Source of the DNA: Myxococcota bacterium
Lineage (GTDB): Bacteria; Myxococcota_C; UBA6777
Length of the DNA stretch: 64,000 nucleotides
Reading direction: 5' to 3'
NCBI GenBank assembly: GCA_023150835.1
Contig: JAKLKB010000002.1
Location: 124,001-188,000, forward strand
This document shows positions 9,230-18,237 of this stretch, piece by piece. Within the stretch, counting starts at the first letter, position 1; every line of letters starts with the position of its first letter. The notes beneath the pieces were generated by a model. The model was not told the origin of the DNA. It searched no databases and saw nothing but the letters and a program-made list of their open reading frames with translations. The translations under genes were made by a program, and so were the position numbers.

Positions 9230-11137
9230 TTGACCTCTCAAACCACCACTCGACGCGGTCGGTCGCCTTACTTTGATGCCGCTGACGTAATCCTAGGACT
9301 TCTTCGCTCCTCTCCTCTGGCGATGTGGGTCAACCCTGAGAGTTTCTCGAAGTATCTTGAACGCCGCCTCCCTGAGTACGTGCAAGACGGCGTCCTTGAT
9401 CTTGAACCGATCTGGCAAAGCATCACCCGCATCCCCGGCATCCAGCGGCAAGCGATGGAGACCTTTTTCTCTGAACTCAGCCGACAACCTCTGCCTTGGC
9501 CCACCCGCTCTCCGCATGCGCTCGGCGGCGCAACTCGCGTTGCCATCGACGAAGACAAACTACAGCGTGGCATCGATCAGATGGTCGCCTTGATGGAGTC
9601 CTCCACGCTCAAACAAAGCCTCTCCCCTGACAAGTTCCGACGCTATCTCGAACGCCGTCTCCCCGAAATGATCGACGTTCAAGGCATCGATCTTCAACCC
9701 CTTGAAACCACACTCCGCAAAAGTCTCAACTGCGAAGCCGAAGCTCTCGACGCCTACCTCCGCCGCCTCCACCGCTTTTCGCTCCCTTGGCCCATCAAAG
9801 ACATCACCCCCGCCGCCCCCACCAGCTCTTACAAAACATCCACCAGCCTCCGCCCTCTCCACTCTCCTCCCCCTCTGCGCGAAACCCCACCCGCCCACAC
9901 CTCCACACACCACACCACACCACCAACCTCCAACCCACCACAACCAACCTCACCCACCCAAGCCAACCTCCGCACCGCTCAGAAACGCAACCAACAAGCC
10001 GCCCTCCAACAAACCTCCGATACCCTTGTGCGCTTAATGCAAGCCTCCCCTCTTTCTGTCTTTCTTCGCTCCGATAACTTTCAACGCTACCTCCAACGCT
10101 GGCTCCCTGAATACACCGCCAACGGCTCCCTTGAAACACAGCCCATCTGGAAACACCTCGAACAAATCCCCTCCGTCGATACCAGCGCCCTGATCGCTTT
10201 CTTTAACGAAGTCTTACGCCAAGAATTCCCCTTCCCCGTCCTACCTCCCGAAGACTTCGACAATATCAAACGCCGACAAGCCACTTCCGCCTCACTTCAA
10301 ACTCTCCAACCCTCCGACTTTTCAACGCGATCCTCTCAACCCAGATCCCCCAACAACCGCCCCTCCGCTCCAATCCACAGCGCCCCCTCTTCTCCCTCCA
10401 ATCCCGCATGGGCCGACGGAACCTCATACGACTCCATGATCAGCGCACTCGAAAGGGATCTCGGCGATATCGACCTTGACGCCATCGAAGTCGTTCAAAC
10501 CGCCCAAGGAAACACACAAAACTCTTATGACCTAATGAATAAGCCTAGTTCTTCGACCCAAAACAAACTCCCGAACCCACGCAAACAGGCACGCTCTAGC
10601 TCGACACAAATCTCCGCGCTCTCATCGCAACTACAGAGCCTCCAAGACGCGGATATCGTGTTTGATGACCCTTCTTCTGTTCGACGCTCTCGCGCCTCTA
10701 TTCCTCTCCCTTCCCTTACTGATCTTCAAGAACGCGCACGCGCTTTCGGACAAAAAGCTTATGAATGGAATTGGCAACGCATCGCCGTCGTCTCTTGGAT
10801 CGCCCTTGGGATCGCTTTCTTTTCGCTTGGCATCTGGTGGCTCTCTCGACCGATCAAGCTCGGTGAAGCCATCGATCCGATCCCTTACAAACGCCATCTC
10901 CCCGTCCAACAAGCCTTCCTCAACGGACCCCACCTCACTTTCTCCCTTGACCCTTTCTACCAACACCTCTGGGAACCCGACACCCTCCGCCAACAATGTG
11001 GACGCCTCAACGCCATCCTCCTCCAAAAAGAGATCCGCACTCTCCGCATCTACACCACCAAAAACGACAAACCCTACAAGCTGATCCTCACTTGCCACAT
11101 CCTCCGCCACACACCCCTCAAAACACACAAACCCTGA
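9230..11137 (+). CDS. Hypothetical protein with three ~75-aa repeated domains, Pro/Ser/Thr linkers and a C-proximal TM helix
   Basis: Long ORF with GGAGGAGG before TTG 9230; internal repeats 'LM.SS.L....F.RYL.R.LPE....G.L...P.W...LPWP'; TM IAVVSWIALGIAFFSLGIWWL. Confidence 0.8.
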   Translation: MTSQTTTRRGRSPYFDAADVILGLLRSSPLAMWVNPESFSKYLERRLPEYVQDGVLDLEPIWQSITRIPGIQRQAMETFFSELSRQPLPWPTRSPHALGGATRVAIDEDKLQRGIDQMVALMESSTLKQSLSPDKFRRYLERRLPEMIDVQGIDLQPLETTLRKSLNCEAEALDAYLRRLHRFSLPWPIKDITPAAPTSSYKTSTSLRPLHSPPPLRETPPAHTSTHHTTPPTSNPPQPTSPTQANLRTAQKRNQQAALQQTSDTLVRLMQASPLSVFLRSDNFQRYLQRWLPEYTANGSLETQPIWKHLEQIPSVDTSALIAFFNEVLRQEFPFPVLPPEDFDNIKRRQATSASLQTLQPSDFSTRSSQPRSPNNRPSAPIHSAPSSPSNPAWADGTSYDSMISALERDLGDIDLDAIEVVQTAQGNTQNSYDLMNKPSSSTQNKLPNPRKQARSSSTQISALSSQLQSLQDADIVFDDPSSVRRSRASIPLPSLTDLQERARAFGQKAYEWNWQRIAVVSWIALGIAFFSLGIWWLSRPIKLGEAIDPIPYKRHLPVQQAFLNGPHLTFSLDPFYQHLWEPDTLRQQCGRLNAILLQKEIRTLRIYTTKNDKPYKLILTCHILRHTPLKTHKP

Positions 11138-11216
11138 CCTAAGAGGCTGCCTAGAAAAAGGTTTGATGGGTAGAAAACGCGGGCATCACGTGGAGGATAT
11201 CGAAAAGAAGAGTCCA

Positions 11217-11435
11217 CGGAAAGCGCGGAAAGTACAGAAAGCGCGGAAAGTACGGAAAGCGCAGAAAGCGCGGAAAGTACAGAAAGCGCAGAAAGCGCAG
11301 AAAGCGCGGAAAGTACGGAAAGCGCGGAAAGCGCAGAAAGCGCGGAAAGTACAGAAAGCGCAGAAAGCGCGGAAAGTACAGAAAGCGCAGAAAGCGCAGA
11401 AAGCGCGGAAAGTACGGAAAGTACGGAAAGTACGG
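11217..11435. repeat. 9-bp microsatellite-like array (~24 units, C(G/A)GAAAG(CG/TA))
   Basis: Directly visible GAAAGCGCG / GAAAGTACA / GAAAGCGCA / GAAAGTACG variants. Confidence 0.95.
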
Positions 11436-11479
11436 GGTTTCTCTGTGCGCTCAGACTTTCTGCCTTCCTCCCCCTCGCG

Positions 11480-11589
11480 GCAGCAGCGAGGCTTTGCGAG
11501 CGTCGCAGGGAGAGGGTTACCTTGGTAAAAGATAACGTCATAACCTTCCTTCGCAGCAGCGAGGCTTTGCGAGCGTCGCAGGGAGAGGG
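11480..11589. repeat. Identical 37-bp direct repeats separated by a 36-bp unique spacer
   Basis: GCAGCAGCGAGGCTTTGCGAGCGTCGCAGGGAGAGGG at 11480-11516 and 11553-11589. Confidence 0.92.
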
Positions 11590-11647
11590 ATGCCCGAAGG
11601 GCAGGGGTGAGCGTCACGCGATTTGTCCCCCAGTAAGAGCCAAAGAC

Positions 11648-11853
11648 CGTGAACAGGGGAGGGAGGAAAAGTCGGAGGCAGCGAGGTTTTGGTTTTCCAT
11701 GCCACATACTGTTTGCACGAGAACTCGTCTTTGCCTGCTCCAACTTCCCCCCGTTGGCCGGGGGGATTGAAGGGTGGCGAGCAAAAGAAAAAGCGATCAA
11801 GACCGACTCTACGAGGTTTCCACCTTCACCTAACGCCTATGGGGCGCTGCCCC
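11648..11853 (+). repeat. Family-2 intergenic element, copy 1 (homologous to 48790-48989)
   Basis: Shared blocks CGTGAACAGGGGAGGGAG..AAAGTCGGA, AACTTCCCCCCGTT..CGGGGGGATTGA and GCGATCAAGACCGACTCTACGAGGTTTCCACCTT. Confidence 0.88.
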
Positions 11854-11963
11854 ATGCCCCGCAAGGGAGCACCGCTCCCTTGACCCTGTATAGATGGGGC
11901 GAGCAGCATTTTTCAAAGCCAACAGATCGACCGCTTGAACGCTTGCGAACGCGGCTTTTTTTT
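11839..11963 (+). repeat. Family-1 element, copy C
   Basis: ATGGGGC-GCT-GCCCCAT GCCCCGC AAGGGAGC-ACC-GCTCCCTT GACCCTGTAT...CGAACGCGG. Confidence 0.92.
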
Positions 11964-11992
11964 GGCTGCGGCTCGCTCCGAGATGTGTACGC

Positions 11993-12083
11993 ATCCAAAA
12001 GATATCGCTGTGCTAGACACCGAACATTGCGAAGATTCCAAAGCTGCAAAAACGATCCAAAAGATATCGCTGTGCTAGACACC
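11993..12083. repeat. Identical 29-bp direct repeats separated by a 33-bp spacer
   Basis: ATCCAAAAGATATCGCTGTGCTAGACACC at 11993-12021 and 12055-12083. Confidence 0.92.
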
Positions 12084-12098
12084 CTCTCGTTCCGTGTT

Positions 12099-13595
12099 TT
12101 ACGAAGCGCGAAACTCCCGCTGGTCGTTGCCTGTGGACTGTTTGTTGTTTGCTAAAGACTCCATCAATACACACAAAGAGGGCTGGGCTTGTTCTTCACC
12201 GATCTCCACAAACTCACACGAAAGGTAAGACAGCCCTTCCCAATCCACCGATTGCGCGGCCAAAAAACAGCGACGATGCACTCGTTCAAATACCCTTCGA
12301 CGATCCGCATCTTCCGCCCCCTGCTTTCGCGGCTCCCATCGTAGCCCCTCGATCACCTCGCGCAATGCCAGAGAAAAAGCCCCGCGCTCCAAGGCCCCTT
12401 CAAGCGGCTTCGCTGCAATCCCGACGCACAACACCCTTCCCTGCGCCCTTTCTTGCAATGACGACCAAGACAACACCGCCCAAGGCCACAACAACGTCCC
12501 TTCGGGATGCTTTTCCAACAGGCCCTCTTCGCCCAAAGCATAAAATACCGACGGCGCGAGACGGATCAACTGCAAGGCTGGAAAGATCATCAACGCATAA
12601 AAGACAGAAACCCCCGCAAGAAGCCAACGCTCAAACGACTCCGCGTGTGCCTCCGTCCACGCCATCCACAACATCACAAACCCACACACGCTCAAAAAAA
12701 ACAACATCCACGCTTTCCATAAGCGTTCTCTTCGCGCACGCACCGCCGAGACCACACGCCGATCCCGCTGTGCTCCCCGTTGCACCACATCGATCACACA
12801 ATACATCAACCCGCCTCCCCACATCGCATAACTTGCCCACAGCATCAAAGGCCGCGCCTGCCAAGCTTTGTACAAATGAATCCACACCGTGAGCGCCAAA
12901 AATACCACATACACCGCCCCCATCAAAAAAGGGTCCCATCCAATGCGTTTGATCCTCTCTGATACATCGAGGCTTTGAGCCGCTTCTTTTGGCAAACGCG
13001 CCCACCGATTCCCTCCCGCAAGATCCGCCTCTTCCAACATACCTCGGATCTCTTCCCACGCAGCGTCGTCTTCGTCTTCCAACAACGCTGTCTCGCTCGA
13101 TTCCAACGGCACCATCCCATTCGATTTCAACAACGCCGTCTCGCTCGATTCAACGAAGCGTACTTGTCGCTCACCCTGCTGTTGCACCCATCCCATCGGC
13201 GATTGCGCAGTCCTCGATAACAACGCCAAGCGCCATCCGCCAAGCCCCCGCCAAAAGACCACCCCCGGCAACAACCCCACCACGATCAACGCCAGAAAGA
13301 ACATCCATCCACTCGGACGCCATATCCCGCCCAACGCCACACACAAAGCGATCCCTGAAAAGCTCAAATACGCCACCAGCCCCCACTCTGCCAAACGCCC
13401 ACCCCACCAAGCCCAACGCCGACTCGTGCTTTCTTCTAAGATCGACATCCCAAAATACGCAGCCATAAACGGAAAAAGCTGTATGCCAAAACCCACCCAA
13501 AAAGGCATCCGCCCCTTCCAAACATCCACGAAAAATCCTACCTGACCAAAAAAACCCAACATAAAAAACAAAAACAATCCCATACTCCGTTCCAT
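12099..13595 (-). CDS. Hypothetical polytopic membrane protein
   Basis: About 8 hydrophobic segments in two blocks plus a C-terminal soluble region; GAGGAG upstream of ATG 13595; internal ESSETALL duplication. Confidence 0.75.
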   Translation of the reverse strand: MERSMGLFLFFMLGFFGQVGFFVDVWKGRMPFWVGFGIQLFPFMAAYFGMSILEESTSRRWAWWGGRLAEWGLVAYLSFSGIALCVALGGIWRPSGWMFFLALIVVGLLPGVVFWRGLGGWRLALLSRTAQSPMGWVQQQGERQVRFVESSETALLKSNGMVPLESSETALLEDEDDAAWEEIRGMLEEADLAGGNRWARLPKEAAQSLDVSERIKRIGWDPFLMGAVYVVFLALTVWIHLYKAWQARPLMLWASYAMWGGGLMYCVIDVVQRGAQRDRRVVSAVRARRERLWKAWMLFFLSVCGFVMLWMAWTEAHAESFERWLLAGVSVFYALMIFPALQLIRLAPSVFYALGEEGLLEKHPEGTLLWPWAVLSWSSLQERAQGRVLCVGIAAKPLEGALERGAFSLALREVIEGLRWEPRKQGAEDADRRRVFERVHRRCFLAAQSVDWEGLSYLSCEFVEIGEEQAQPSLCVLMESLANNKQSTGNDQREFRAS

Positions 13596-13624
13596 CCGCC
13601 TTCTCCTCGCGATCAACGCACTTC

Positions 13625-13732
13625 ACCACCCTTGGCAACCACCGCTCCTGTGGGTGTATAGAGGCTTGGCAAGCCGAACAAAGCCGCACAACACAAACCA
13701 CCCTTGGCAACCACCGATCCTGTGGGCTATAG
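13625..13732. repeat. Near-identical 37/36-bp direct repeats separated by a 35-bp spacer in the divergent region upstream of mutA
   Basis: ACCACCCTTGGCAACCACCG(C/A)TCCTGTGGG(TG/C)TATAG at 13625-13661 and 13697-13732. Confidence 0.88.
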
Positions 13733-13855
13733 TGTACCCATCAACATACCGACGAACACAACGATCGCCTAGGTTCTTCGGCCTCTTTCTCAAACGCCTT
13801 TGCCACAAAAGCCCCAACAGACGGACCCGAGACAACGCATCCCACGAGCAAAAAC

Positions 13856-15925
13856 ATGACAGACGCCATCCGCCCCTACCCTTGGGAAGACTTCCCACCC
13901 CACAGCTTCGACGCATGGAAAGAGGCTGCCCAACAAGTCCTCAAGCAAACTCCCCTCGAACGCCTGACCCAACACACTCTTGACGGCCTTTCTCGCCCTC
14001 CCCTCGCCCCCACCTATGCCCCACCACAAGACCTCTCCCCTTCGCTGCTCGACTCCCGCCGAGGCACACAAATCCCCCAAGGCGGTTGGTCGATCGCTCA
14101 ACGCTACACACACCCCGATCCACAGGTTCTTTTGCACGATCTTTCACACGATCTCCAACACGGTCTCCATGCCGCTTGGATCGATGTCTCGGCGCTCAAC
14201 TCCACCCCTTTCGCGTCCGCCCTCCAACCCCTTTGTGCGCTTTTTGATGGGCAAGGTATCCCTCTTTATCTCGATGCTGAGGCCGATGCGATGGCCTTTT
14301 CTGCACTACGCATCGCTGCCGCACAACGCGCCGCCATCCCGCTTTCGTCTTTGCGCGGTTCGTGGTGTCTCGATCCACTCGGAGTCGCCGCCGCTACAGG
14401 ATATCTCCACAATAGACTCGAAGACGCCAAACACCGCACCCTCGCACTTGTCCAATGGAGCCTGCAACACACCCCGCAGATGCGCACGTTGCGCGTCTCT
14501 GCCCTACCTTACCACCATGCGGGAGCCTCCGTAGCCCAAGAACTCGCCGCGACTCTCGCCACAGCCACAACTTACCTGCGCTGGTTGTGCGAGGCCGATA
14601 TCTCTCTCGAAGAGGCCGCCCAACAGATGCTTTTTGATCTGCCCGTCACTTGCGATGTTTTTGTCGAGATCGCCAAACTCCGCGCCCTGCGGATGCTTTG
14701 GTCACGAGTGCTTTCTTTTTCTCTCGGTCGATCGGCAGAGATCACTCCACACTTCCACGCACGCACTTCGCCGCGCATCCTGACGCAACGCGATGTCTGG
14801 GTGAATCTCTTGCGCGCCACCACCGCCACCTTCGCAGCCAGTATCGGCGGCGCACAAAGCATCGAATGCACCCCCTTTGACACCGCCCTCCAGATCCCCG
14901 ACGCATTCTCCCAACGCATCGCCCGCAACACCCAAGTGATCCTTCAAGAAGAATCTCATCTCGGCCATGTCCTCGATCCTGCGGGAGGTAGCGATACCAT
15001 CGAACACCTCACCGAGCAGATCGCAAACGCTGCTTGGGGCCTGTTCCAATCCATCGAAGCGCAAGGCGGCCTGCCCACTGTCCTCCAACAAAGCTCTCTC
15101 CAACAAGCCATCTCCGAGACCGCCCACAAGCGCCTCTCCCGAATCGCCCAACGCAAGGACTTGATCACAGGTGTCAGCGCATTCCCCTTCCTCAACGAAC
15201 GCCCACCCCAACCGCCTCCCATCGATCACAACGCCCTCCGATCGCGCCTTGCCTCCGCCCTCCAAAAACACATCCTCGATTATCCGCAAGAAGCCATCTC
15301 CCGCTCCCTTCGCTCATCCATCGAAGCCCCTGATACTACGCAAGATCCAACAACACTCTTGCTCTCGCTTGTTCACGCAGCTCACCAAGGCGCAACCCTC
15401 GAAACCCTCTCCAATGCCCTCTCCATCGACCCAAGATGGCAAGTCCCCCCACTCGAACCGCACCGCGATGCCGAACGCTTCGAGATCTTGCGCGATGCAA
15501 GCGATGCCTACCTCCAACAACACGGCCAGCGGCCACAGATCTTTCTTGTCAATCTCGGCCCGATCCCCCAACATCGGCCCCGCGCCGACTTTGCCCGTCA
15601 ACTCTTCGAGGCCGGTGGCTTCGAATCCATCGACAACGGCGGATATTCCTCGCCTGAGGAGGCCGTCCAAGCCTACCAAAACCACCTCACCCCCGCCGCG
15701 ATCTTGTGCTCCAACGATGCAGCCTACGTCGAGATGATCCCGCAGATCGCACCCATGCTCAAAGCTGCTGGCGTTCGACACCTCTATCTTGCGGGAAAAC
15801 CTGCACAACACGAAGCCGCTTGGCGTAGCGCAGGCGTGGATCAATTTGTCTTTCTTGGATGCGATGCTTGCGCCACGCTCGAAGCCTTGCAGCAAGCCCT
15901 CAGCATAAGGACGAACCATGCGTAA
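13856..15925 (+). CDS. mutA: Methylmalonyl-CoA mutase small (beta) subunit
   Basis: [43 protein letters not shown]; lacks DxHxxG; overlaps the large-subunit start. Confidence 0.93.
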   Translation: MTDAIRPYPWEDFPPHSFDAWKEAAQQVLKQTPLERLTQHTLDGLSRPPLAPTYAPPQDLSPSLLDSRRGTQIPQGGWSIAQRYTHPDPQVLLHDLSHDLQHGLHAAWIDVSALNSTPFASALQPLCALFDGQGIPLYLDAEADAMAFSALRIAAAQRAAIPLSSLRGSWCLDPLGVAAATGYLHNRLEDAKHRTLALVQWSLQHTPQMRTLRVSALPYHHAGASVAQELAATLATATTYLRWLCEADISLEEAAQQMLFDLPVTCDVFVEIAKLRALRMLWSRVLSFSLGRSAEITPHFHARTSPRILTQRDVWVNLLRATTATFAASIGGAQSIECTPFDTALQIPDAFSQRIARNTQVILQEESHLGHVLDPAGGSDTIEHLTEQIANAAWGLFQSIEAQGGLPTVLQQSSLQQAISETAHKRLSRIAQRKDLITGVSAFPFLNERPPQPPPIDHNALRSRLASALQKHILDYPQEAISRSLRSSIEAPDTTQDPTTLLLSLVHAAHQGATLETLSNALSIDPRWQVPPLEPHRDAERFEILRDASDAYLQQHGQRPQIFLVNLGPIPQHRPRADFARQLFEAGGFESIDNGGYSSPEEAVQAYQNHLTPAAILCSNDAAYVEMIPQIAPMLKAAGVRHLYLAGKPAQHEAAWRSAGVDQFVFLGCDACATLEALQQALSIRTNHA

Positions 15926-18122
15926 GATCCCTTCATTCGCGGATATCCCACTGCACGATCCGACCACCTCCGCTCCTGCCTTCACCGCCGAGATCTCACA
16001 AGGCGATCTCGCTGCTGTTGTGGCTTCCTCCGCTTCTTCTGCGATCTGGGAAACACCTGAAGGTATCCCGATCAAGCCCCTGTATACGGCCAATGACCTC
16101 GACGGCCTTTGTCATCTCTCGACCTATCCCGGCCTTCCGCCATTTTTGCGCGGCCCCTACCCCACCATGTACACCCAACAGCCTTGGACCATCCGACAAT
16201 ATGCTGGCTTTTCCACCGCAGAAGCCAGCAACGCCTTTTACCGCCGCAACCTCGCCGCAGGACAAAAGGGCCTTTCCATCGCCTTCGATCTCGCCACCCA
16301 TCGCGGTTATGACTCCGATCATCCCCGTGTCACGGGCGATGTCGGTATGGCGGGCGTTGCGATCGATTCGATCCTTGATATGCGCATCCTGTTCGACGGC
16401 ATCCCCCTCGATCAGATGAGCGTTTCCATGACCATGAACGGCGCAGTCCTCCCGATCATGGCCCTTTATATCGTCGCCGCCGAAGAACAGGGCGTCTCCG
16501 CCAAACAACTCAGCGGCACCATCCAAAACGATATCCTCAAAGAGTTTATGGTCCGCAACACCTACATCTACCCACCCGCTCCCTCCATGCGGATCATCGG
16601 CGATATCTTTGCCTTTACTTCCGCCGAGATGCCGCGATTCAATAGCATCTCGATCTCGGGATACCATATGCAAGAAGCTGGAGCCACCTGCGATCTCGAA
16701 CTCGGCTATACTCTCGCAGATGGACTCGAATACATCCGAACGGGCCTTGCATCGGGACTTTCCGTCGATGACTTTGCACCTCGCCTATCCTTTTTCTGGG
16801 CCATCGGCATGAACTTCTTTATGGAAGTCGCCAAACTCCGCGCTGCTCGCCTGCTGTGGGCCTCGCTACTCAAACCCTTTTCGCCCCAAGATCCGCGATC
16901 GATGTCGCTGCGCACCCATTGCCAAACCTCGGGGTGGTCCCTCACTGCCCAAGATCCCTTCAACAATGTGGCCCGCACTTGCATGGAAGCACTGGCCGCC
17001 ACACACGGACACACCCAGTCCCTCCACACCAACTCCCTCGACGAAGCCCTTGCCCTTCCCACCGACTTTAGCGCACGCATCGCCCGAAACACCCAGATCT
17101 TTCTTCAACTCGAAAGCGGTATCTGCAACACCATCGATCCTTGGGGCGGAAGCTATTACGTCGAACGCCTCACCCACGACCTCGCCTTACGCGCTTGGGA
17201 ACACATCCAAGAGATCCAATCGCTCGGTGGCATGGCCAAAGCCATCGCCACGGGAATCCCCAAGATGCGCATCGAAGAAGCCGCCGCCAAAACCCAAGCC
17301 CGTATCGACAGCGGACGCCAAAGCATCGTCGGTATCAATCGCTTTGCGCTCGACAAAGAAGCCAACCTCGATATCCTTCAAGTCGATCACTCCGCCGTCC
17401 GTGAGGCCCAGATCAAACGCTTGCACAAGCTGCGCGCAGAGCGCGATCCCCTCCGCCTCCAAGCCTCCCTTGAGGCCCTCACTCGTTGCGCCCAAGATGG
17501 CAGCGGAAACCTCCTTGCTTTGTCCATCGAAGCCGTCCGCGCACACGCAACGGTCGGAGAGATCAGCGATGCCCTCGAAAAAGTCTTTGGCCGCCACCAA
17601 GCCCCAATCAAGGCCATCTCTGGCGTCTACAGCGGCGAGATCGGCAACCAATCTCCCGCCATCGAATCCACCCGCCAACTCGCCGATCGCTTCGCCCAAG
17701 CCGAAGGACGACGACCTCGTATCTTGATCGCCAAGATGGGACAAGACGGCCATGATCGCGGCCAAAAGGTGATCGCCACCGCTTTTGCCGATCTCGGCTT
17801 TGATGTCGATATCGGACCCCTCTTCCAAACCCCCCAAGAAAGCGCCCGTCAAGCCGTCGAAAACGATGTCCACGTCATCGGCGTAAGCAGCCTTGCTGCC
17901 GGACACCTCGCTCTCGTACCGCAACTGCGCGAAGCCCTCAAATCCTACGGACGCGACGATATCTTGATCGTGATCGGTGGCGTCATCCCCCCCCAAGACT
18001 ACGACACCCTCTATCGCGAAGGCGTCACCGCCATCTTCGGACCCGGCACCGTCATCCCCCTCGCTGCCCAAGAACTCCTTCACAAACTTGCTCAACATCT
18101 CGGATACACCGAATTGGATTGA
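15918..18122 (+). CDS. mutB: Methylmalonyl-CoA mutase large (alpha) subunit, B12-binding
   Basis: [39 protein letters not shown] cobalamin motif. Confidence 0.98.
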   Translation: MRKIPSFADIPLHDPTTSAPAFTAEISQGDLAAVVASSASSAIWETPEGIPIKPLYTANDLDGLCHLSTYPGLPPFLRGPYPTMYTQQPWTIRQYAGFSTAEASNAFYRRNLAAGQKGLSIAFDLATHRGYDSDHPRVTGDVGMAGVAIDSILDMRILFDGIPLDQMSVSMTMNGAVLPIMALYIVAAEEQGVSAKQLSGTIQNDILKEFMVRNTYIYPPAPSMRIIGDIFAFTSAEMPRFNSISISGYHMQEAGATCDLELGYTLADGLEYIRTGLASGLSVDDFAPRLSFFWAIGMNFFMEVAKLRAARLLWASLLKPFSPQDPRSMSLRTHCQTSGWSLTAQDPFNNVARTCMEALAATHGHTQSLHTNSLDEALALPTDFSARIARNTQIFLQLESGICNTIDPWGGSYYVERLTHDLALRAWEHIQEIQSLGGMAKAIATGIPKMRIEEAAAKTQARIDSGRQSIVGINRFALDKEANLDILQVDHSAVREAQIKRLHKLRAERDPLRLQASLEALTRCAQDGSGNLLALSIEAVRAHATVGEISDALEKVFGRHQAPIKAISGVYSGEIGNQSPAIESTRQLADRFAQAEGRRPRILIAKMGQDGHDRGQKVIATAFADLGFDVDIGPLFQTPQESARQAVENDVHVIGVSSLAAGHLALVPQLREALKSYGRDDILIVIGGVIPPQDYDTLYREGVTAIFGPGTVIPLAAQELLHKLAQHLGYTELD

Positions 18123-18237
18123 TCTTTTGTTGACTTTTTCCCTTCGGGTATGCTTTCCTCAGAAACCCCACGCCAAACGATCGCTTTTTTTGAAAACCTC
18201 TTGTGTCAAGCCAACCCAACACCGAAAGGAAACCCCG

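Noticed and set aside
11074-11541. ORFs with KARKVQ / LSALSV / FRAFCA repeats
   Set aside because: They are translations of the 9-bp array, open in several frames on both strands, with no independent coding evidence.
12033-12047. 15-nt exact match (AGATTCCAAAGCTGC) between the pair-2 spacer and 63662-63676, as a self-target
   Set aside because: It covers under half the spacer and the flanks do not match; compatible with chance given the many comparisons made by eye.
13620-13855. Cobalamin riboswitch upstream of mutA
   Set aside because: No B12-box or GGGAA...GCCACTG core could be found.
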